Of a DNA stretch of 64,000 nucleotides, positions 54,969 through 64,000 are shown in pieces. The translations under genes were made by a program, and so were the position numbers. This DNA comes from the human T2T-CHM13v2.0 reference genome, Homo sapiens. The notes below the pieces were generated by a model, which saw only the letters and a list, made by a program, of their open reading frames with translations, was not told the origin of the DNA and searched no databases. Where the stretch lies: the NCBI RefSeq assembly GCF_009914755.1, contig NC_060938.1; one strand, written 5' to 3'. How positions within the stretch are numbered: position 1 is the first letter of the stretch; the number at the start of each line of letters is the position of its first letter.

Positions 54969-55441
54969 TATGTTGGTTAATTTTATGTAAACTTGGCTGG
55001 GTCATGGGACCCAGTTTTTGGTCAAACATCAGTCTAGATGCTACTGTTATATTTTATAATATTAATATAATATATAACATATATTATACTCTTAATTACT
55101 GTACAATACTGTTATATTTATACTGTTACAGTTATATTTTAGATTTGATTACCATTTAAATCAGTAGACTTTGGGTAAAGCAGATTACCCTCTATAATGT
55201 GGGTGGGCCTCATCCAATCAGTTAAATACTTTAAGAGAAAACACTGAGGTCCCCTGAGGAAGGAGAGAATTCTGCCTTCAGACTCAGACTGCAACATCAA
55301 CTCTTCCCCGAGTCTCCTACAGATTTCGAACTTGCCAGCGCCCACAACTACATGAACAAATTCCTTAAAACAAATCTCTTTTCTCTCTCTTTATATATAC
55401 ATCCTATTGGTTCTGTTTCTCTGAGAACCCTCACTACTACA
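54969..55441 (+). mobile_element. MLT2 (ERVL) solo LTR with an AT-rich insertion
   Basis: gtaaagcagattaccctctataatgtgggtgggcctcatccaatcagtt and tcctattggttctgtttctctgagaaccct are MLT2 hallmarks. Confidence 0.8.
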
Positions 55442-56594
55442 ACATGATTATATATTGTAAATTCTGCAAATTTCTATGTATAATAAATCTCACTAAAAGA
55501 AGAAACAGTATTTACCTAAAAGTATCATATTTAACATTTGTATATTCAGAAGTCATAGTCAAAATGTCTTTAGGATCAAAAGAAATAATTGCTTTAAAAT
55601 TTTTATTTAAGGAATAGAATCATGATGGCTGAGGTCATGAAATTAATAATTTGGGATTATGATTCCCACTGAAAAAACAGAAACAAAAAAACCATGAACA
55701 CTCTTTCAATAGGTAACTAATAAACGATGGCTAGGATTAAAGCTGAAATACCTCTCTGGTCCAATGGTTACACAGAATCTGCTTGGTTTTCCTCCACAGT
55801 GTTGCATTTCAATTCTAATTGCATGATTAAACTAACAAATTGAGCTCCAGACCCCTCCCCTGCCTGAAAAAAAAAGTACCTAGCTGACAAAATCAGAAGT
55901 TGTAAGAAAATGCTTTTCCAGTACAAGTAATGTAAGAAACAAGTGCAGCGAAGGAGAGGTTTCAGCTTGAAAGACAGTCATCAATACGGACAGATTACTG
56001 TAATTCTGGCTGCTGGTATGATCGATTTGGGTAGCATATGACAATCAATACTGTCCCCATTTAGTGAACAACATTAGATTCATGGTTTCAGAACATGTTC
56101 CTAGGATAAAATTTAAACTGTATTTAATGATCATAAATAGCACAATTTATGCTTTGGAATCTTAGTGAGTACTTTTATTGGGCATAAAATAACTGACACA
56201 GCAGTACAATTATCCAAATATAATCAAGCTTATTATTTTTTATCCCTTCATTTCTTTTATGAAGAGTAAAGGATTAACTGGTGGTTTCCAAAGCCTACCT
56301 GTATCTCAATTTCTGTTGTAATTTATGTTAACTAAATTGTTGACCAATTTTAAAATGCTTGATTTTTTCCTTAATGAGAACGTAATCTGATATTTCAAAA
56401 AGGTACATCTTAAAATTTAATACATTATGTTTCTGAAATAAGTATTTATTTAAAATTAAGACAGATGTACCTGTATTTCAATATCTTAAAATACAAATGT
56501 CTAGTTGTAGTTTATTATATAAATGTTCATTTGAAAATCAAGTAATCCACCTGTATGAAGTCATTTCCCCCCAACATTTAGAATATAGAACTTT

Positions 56595-56750
56595 GTACAT
56601 TATATATATATATATATTTGTACTATATATATATATATTTGTACTATATATATATGCATATGTATGTATGTATTAAGTAGAGATACTATACTACTAGCCT
56701 TTGCTGCATGTATATACATACTACACTAGGTATATATACTACACTCAGGT
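56595..56750. repeat. TA-rich degenerate tandem repeat
   Basis: (TA)n with repeated tttgtactatata and tactacact units. Confidence 0.75.
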
Positions 56751-57897
56751 AGCATAGGAAAACAACTTCCTGTAGTTTCTAAACTCAAGATTCCAAGTCA
56801 AGAAAAATTTGTTTGATCTACCTGATTTAATGTATTTACTCTGTGTCCCAGAAGTAATTTTGCTGGTAGAAAACTTCAGATTTTCTGTTTAAATAAAGTA
56901 TTCATGTTTACTATTTTCATCAATTTTCTCCAATGTGGTATCTATTAACATCTTAGCAAGATTGGCTATTAAAAACATGATGAAGTAGGCCTGAAAAATC
57001 CAACCCAATCGATCAACCTACCAATCAACCAAACATAAAAATCCAATTAGGCAATTCCTTGGTGTTGGGTAGACTTGTTTTATATTGACTGTAATCTTTA
57101 CACATAACAGGATTAATCATTGCACAAAATAATGTAACTTATTATTATATCTACTAAGTACATCCAAGTTCATTATCTCATTTAATCTTTACAACAATTC
57201 TGAGATGGTTATTAGCATCTTTTTTACTGCTGAAGAAAGTGAGGTTCAGAGATTCTGTGACTTGGCCAAGATCACAAGGCAGAGCTTGAGTTAAAAATTA
57301 ATGCTTTCTAACTGCAAAGCCAGCTTTTATATACCTTTAGTGTAACATGAAGTCTGAAATAGAAGACTATGAACAGGGATGTAGAAAAAAAAATTAAGCC
57401 ATATTCCCAAAACTCTTGAGTTTGCATTTTAAAACTACTTGGTAAGGAGTGCATCTTAAATGTTGTTGTACCTCATGTCAGAAAGTTTGTGCTTGCTCAA
57501 TAAGTTGAGTTCCTATTTTATGACACAAGAGGCAAATAGAGTTTTGCATTACAATCTAATTGATCTCACCACTTTCCAAAAAGACCTAAGACATTTATTT
57601 ACACAAGAAAGTACAAACTCTTCCATATCTACCTCTATGCTCCACTTTCAATTGCACCTTTAATGAAATGACAGAGGACACTCTCAGAATGGACATTAGG
57701 ATATAGTGAACTGTGAAAGAGGCAAAGGTCAGAGAGTAAACATCCTTGATGAAGCTAACAGAGTGGATAAAATTTATGGGTAATAACCTGTATATTACAT
57801 GTTAGATTAGCTACTGTTCTAGAGATATTCAGGAGACAACAAACTGAAAAGTATATGCCAATAAACAGATTAAAACTACAAAGCTTTTATGGAAGTA

Positions 57898-58135
57898 CAG
57901 GTTGAGTATCCCTAAGCTGAAAATCTGAAATCTAAAATGCTCCAAAATCTGAAACTTTTGAGCTCTGACATGACACTCAAAGGAAACATTCATTGAAGAA
58001 TTTCAGATTTCAGGTATTCAGATTAGAAATGTTCAATTAATTGGTAAGTATAATGAAATTTTCCAAAATCCAAAAAAATCTGAAATCTGAAACATTTCTG
58101 GTCTCAAGAATTTCAGAGAAGGGATATTCAACCTG
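57898..58135. mobile_element. Tigger4a/MER46A (Zombi) element
   Basis: TIRs CAGGTTGAGTATCCCT / AGGGATATTCAACCTG flanked by TA on both sides. Confidence 0.88.
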
Positions 58136-59124
58136 TATTACAATGAGATAAAAATCAGAATAATAAAAATTTAGAAAAAGTAGACTAGGAAAGTGAGAAT
58201 TTGTCAGTAAGCATCTTGTTTTGTTTAAAGGAAAAAGATACTGTATCTAGGGAATGAAGCCGTAATTCCTAAAAAAGGCACATGGTATGTGTGGACCTTA
58301 TAAATGGTAAGCTGTGAGTATGGGTTTCACAAATCATTCTCCCCATAGTTTATTCACATCTGGGGAAAAGACTCAAGATTCCAGGCCCCAAAGGTAAAGG
58401 AAATGAAACTGATTGCTGGCTGAGCTCAGCAGGGTTCACAAAAACTCAAGGGTCTTCTTGAATAGTTCCTCCTAATGCTTCAAACAATCAACAGACAATA
58501 TAGTCTTCAAAACAATCTTCAGAAACAATCAACAGACTGTATAGTCAAAGACAAGTGACTTAGAAATAAACTCGCCATGTCCATACTACTCACTGAACTT
58601 GCCTACCGAAATTTCTTTTCAATTGATAAATCTCTACTTAGTGGATGTCTCCAAATTATACTTTTGTTAACAATTCAAGGCTCATTTTAGTCATTATGAT
58701 TTCACTAAAATGACTACTTCAAATATGAGTTTTCAGTTTAAAGTAAGTGAAGATATAAATGCTATGAAAAAGAAATACTACAGAAATGTCATTAAGCTTA
58801 ATCAATGTAACATACCATGATCCACCTGCAATTCCATTTCACTGTGTCAGAATACATGAGAAATTACAGAGTAATCAGATAGCTTAAGTCAATTTTCGTC
58901 AAAAGAAGAAAATGTACGTGGTAAACTACCAAGTTAAGATAATAAATCTATTTCATGTGGACTGGAACATAAGATATTTTTAAAAACTTTCCTTTAAAGC
59001 TTATCATTTACAGTTTATTATATAAAAAATAAAATGTTTTAAATCATATAGAAAAATTATATGAAAAACATAAATTTATTTTAGAAAGGAATATCAGAAA
59101 ACAATTTAAATTTAAAACTTTGTG

Positions 59125-59345
59125 TATGTTGTGTGCCAGGCACTGTTTTAAGAGCTTTACACATATTGACTCATTATTAGTTGTCATAACACCATGAGCT
59201 AGATATTATTATCATTCTCATTTTATAGACAAGAAAACTCAGGCTCAAAAAGGTTAAATAATTTTCCCAAGTCTACACAGCTAAGAAAGCATGGCCAGCA
59301 TTTGAGTTTAGGCAATCTGGCTCTGGAAGTTATGCTCTTAAACAT
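59125..59345 (-). mobile_element. MIR SINE
   Basis: gtgccaggcactgt...cattttatagacaagaaaactcaggctcaaaaaggttaaataattttcccaag. Confidence 0.7.
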
Positions 59346-59704
59346 TCCCCATCTTCTCATACCTCCATGTCTCTGATTATGTTGTTCCCTCTGCTTGGAA
59401 GGCTCTTTGGCTCTTCCACCTGATTAACTCTTATTTGTCCTTCAAAATTGGTTCAATCCTCACTGTTTCAGAAGTGTTTCCTGACAACACCACTCCATCC
59501 AGGTGAGTGAGAGACCCCTTGTTACTATATTTCTGGAATACCTGCCCATATCTCTATTAACAACATGTACGCTGAATACAGTATGTTTCCCCAACTAGAT
59601 TGAATTATTTGCAATGACTATTTTGATTACTTCTGCAACTCCAGAGTCGTAGAGTACCTGACACATAATGGGACTCTAATTAACCAAAAGATTAGTACTG
59701 ATTA

Positions 59705-60041
<337 letters not shown>

Positions 60042-60107
60042 TCAAATATAACTGCTCCAACACTGGGGAGGAACTGAACCATCTATACATCAATAAACAG
60101 GGAATCA

Positions 60108-60245
60108 GGCTGGGTGCAGTGGCTCACACCTGTAATCTCAGCACTTTAGGAGGCTGACCAAGGTGGGACAATCATTTGAGCCCAGGAGTTTGAGACAATC
60201 CCGGGAAACATAATGATACTCCATTTCTACAAAAAATAATAATTA
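60108..60245 (+). mobile_element. Alu left monomer / FLAM
   Basis: Single Alu arm ending in an A-rich tract. Confidence 0.75.
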
Positions 60246-60294
60246 AAAAAACCCTAGAAAATAAAAGGCTTTAACAATATATAAGAAATATTTA

Positions 60295-60489
<195 letters not shown>

Positions 60490-61007
60490 TCAGAACATAA
60501 TTTTACATTCAAATTACAGACAGATTGTAAATAAGAGCAATCAAGACACTTTGCATCCAAAAGTATTTCTGCTGCTTCTTTAGTTCTTCCTTCAGTAAAA
60601 ATACTATTTGAATTCAATTCTTTTCTGTGATGGGTCACTCATACTAGGACAATAAAAATGTCAAAGGTTTATAGGGTGTCTATTCAAAAGAACTATGTGC
60701 TTCATGTAACTGAGTAAATAATTTACACACTTAGCCAATTTCCAAATTTTACTAGTTTCAATTGTATACAAAAAGCCAACACTAGAAGTAAATTTCCTTT
60801 TCTCCATTGAGTGAACAAAAGAAAAATATATACTTATAGGCAAGAAGTTAGTTTTTCATTATTTTTGTGACACTAGCTTTACTACAGAACCTAAAACCCT
60901 TATTACACAGTTTATTAGAAAAAATATCTATGTTTTGATAATTAAATGTTATTTTTTTGAGGTGACTCACTCATGGTTTCAAAACTTAGAAATTCTGTTT
61001 GAATAAG

Positions 61008-61570
61008 GTTGGCATAAATGGCAGCTGAAGGCAAGGAGGTAAGCTCTGGATAAGATGGTAAATATTTTAGATTTTGTGGTCACATGTTCTCTCTGTTGTA
61101 TATTCTTCAATTTTTTTTTTTTTAAATTCTTTAAGGCTGGGCGTGGTGGCTCATGCCTGTAATCCCAGCACTTTGGGAGGCCAGATCACCTGAAGTCAAG
61201 AGTTCGAGACCAGCCTGACCAAGATGGTGAAAACCTGTCTCTACTAAAAATAGAAAAATCAGCTGGGCATGGCGGCAGGCACCTGTAGTACCAGCTACTC
61301 GGGAGGCTGAGACAGGGAATTGCTTGAACCCGGGAGGCGGAGGTTGCAGTGAGCCGAGATTGCGCCACCGCACTCCAGCCTGGGTGACAGAGCGAGAGCC
61401 AGACTCCGTCTCAAAAAAACCAAAAACCAAAACAAAACCACCACCACCACCACCACCACCAACAAAATGTCTTTTTAAAAATGTAAAAAAACCCAAAACC
61501 AAAACCGAAATATTCTTAGCTTGTGGGTTGTATGAAACCAGGCTATGGGCCACAGTCTGCTGGCCTCTGG
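61008..61570. mobile_element. MER58B-like hAT element split by an AluS (61135-61440) with a (CCA)n tail
   Basis: agatggtaaatattttagattttgtggtcaca and aaaaatgtaaaa...attcttagcttgtggg...gggccacagtctgctggcctctg flank a dimeric Alu. Confidence 0.65.
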
Positions 61571-62268
61571 TTTAGGTGAACCCTGAAGAAACCTAAATTC
61601 ACACATAAGAAATTCATACATGAGAAACTTAATCTAATTCAAGGAATTCTGAAGATTCTTAATCAATTGTCAAATGTAGGTTTTCTAGAAACTGAAGAAT
61701 TCAGTTTAAAAAAGGGAAGGAACACACCAAAAATACTACCAAACTTTTATTATCCTGGAAGAAAATATTTCTGCAATAGTGTGTTTGAATTCTATGGTGT
61801 ATATATAAGACATCCAACTATAGGATAGGTGACTGAACCATTTGGCTTATTTTTTTTCAATTTGTAGAATCCTCATTTATTGACATGACTAATAATCATG
61901 CAATCTTAATAAGATATATCAACTAAAAATATAGGAATCATATAGTCCTATTATAAAGTAAATGATTACTTCTTACTGTGATTTTTAGGAAATTGTAATT
62001 GTTCTCTTAATAAAAGGTAAGTCCTTTTTGAGCTTGGTACACAGGAACTTTCACTCTGGCACTACCTAGCCAAATCCTCCATTTAAACACAGTTTCTTGC
62101 TATTTATTCTGTTTTAGCTCCTTCTGAACCAGGCTTAGGCAATCCATGTAGCTACCAGGGTCTATGTAACATTTACCCTCAGTTTCACAACTTGATGCCT
62201 ACTCCAAATTTTATTCTGTAACATGGAAAGAAACCCATGAACCCCTATAGAACCAAAATCTATTACTA

Positions 62269-62472
<204 letters not shown>

Positions 62473-64000
62473 TTATACTGCTTTAAAAGCTCTTTGAGTA
62501 CAGTCATACAGTCACATACAACATAAAAAGGGGAAAAACGAAATTAAAAAATTGTTAAATTGCACTTGATCAGTTTTACATATGAAACACAAACACTCAA
62601 AAACATCAGGAGACACTGCAGAAGACCAGACAATTTCAATTGTCAATAATCAATGGGTAACAGAGAACTTAGATTTAAAAAGATTCACATATAGCCCAAA
62701 TACTCTCCTTAACCAGCAACTGCACCAATTCTCCACTAACAGATCTTTTAAAAGATTGTTTTAAAAAAAGAAGTAAGTAACTCATAAATTGGATAATCCC
62801 CAGTTGAGTAAGAGAAAGTTGATTATGTTTCGTTTAACGAATTTATTTCCAGGTTTTCTTTGCCCATGAAACTCAAAAATTCTTCCAAATAGATGTCTTG
62901 AGAATTGTTAGACCCTCAAGACGTTATTTAAATGTTTGTGGGGTTTGCTTACAAAGGTGTTTCTGGCAATCAGAGAGAGTTAACATTATGATAATTAAAA
63001 CTGTAAAAACACAAAACATTCAGAAGTTGGATTTCTAATAAGGTGTTAAAAAAATGAACTTAATGCCCTTTAGTCTTAAGTTTTCTTCATAGAGACTGCT
63101 ATAATGCATTTTATTATAAAATTTCATTATACTAGTACGTTTATTGATTCTGCCACTGTGAGCATTTGAGTTGACTTTTAGTGCAGATCTTACATGGGAT
63201 TTCCATTAGTTTCAGATAACTAGACACACGGCAGGTGGAAAGGTTTAGAAGAGTAAACCTGGGATAACTGTCATCAATATTTACGCTATCAGCTAACATA
63301 CGGGCAATTTCTATCTCAGAAATATGTCATTTATTTTGGCTTAAGGATGAACATAGGGTAGGAAAAAGAACTTAATATCTGATTTAAACAAAGAAAGGAG
63401 TTAAGTCCAATTAGTGAAAGCCTCTCTTCTGTCACTCCTTAATCCTGGAGTAACTCCTTATATGCATACACAAGTTGAATAATATAAATGTGTGGGACTT
63501 GGGCTTTGTGACATTTTTAAAAAGCAAAAAAGATTACACAACTCAGAAAAGCCATGGCTTCATAATTTCATTTTTTAATCAAAATACTTTAAAAATATCC
63601 TTCCTATACAGCCATCCCCATGTGTCAGCTTCCCTAATAGGTTTATGTTAACTGAATACAAAAGAAATGTGAAATAAATTTAACCAGGAGGGATGATCCA
63701 ATCTAATTTTGATACATTAATGTCATATGCTGTACATGTTACAATAGCAGCCAGATCTAATACTAAGCTCCAGGCTATACTGAGATTTCCAAATGGCAGA
63801 TTGTTCTAAGTGATATCAAGTATAATTGAAGTAATAAACGATAGTAAAAGCTGAGCACACTGTCAGGAAGAATTTAGGTATTTACTTTTTAAAATTAAAT
63901 GAGTTAGGTAAGGAAAGACAAGACAACTGAAATAATGCAGGTCTCAATTTACAGAAAATTCCTTTTATTTATCTGCTACATTAACCCTTGAACTCTTGCC

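Overview
Human genomic DNA: it carries an AluYa5 with all five diagnostic substitutions, and the gene content matches my recollection of 14q13.2. From left to right: (1) a full-length, frameshifted KRT18 processed pseudogene on the minus strand with poly(A) remnant and target-site duplication; (2) about 20 kb of repeat-rich intergenic DNA (Alu, L1M, L2, L3/CR1, MIR, MaLR, hAT and Tigger fossils); (3) the intronless CpG-island gene INSM2 (+ strand, 566 aa, SNAG plus 5 zinc fingers) with GC/CCAAT/TATA promoter and poly(A) site; (4) the convergently transcribed 3' end of RALGAPA1 (minus strand), comprising three coding exons that complete the RapGAP-type domain, a 21.4-kb U12-type intron, a 31-nt stop-containing microexon and the last exon. 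I see no wholly new gene system. The most notable observations are: two non-canonical REST/RE1 sites formed by an in-frame repeat inside the INSM2 CDS; a splice-encoded C-terminal switch in RALGAPA1 just downstream of the minor intron, possibly three-way if a candidate 65-nt exon that reads the last exon in a second frame is real; and a 42-bp KRT18-derived fragment inserted into an Alu next to the pseudogene. Repeat subfamily names come from recalled consensus sequences, and repeat boundaries are approximate.
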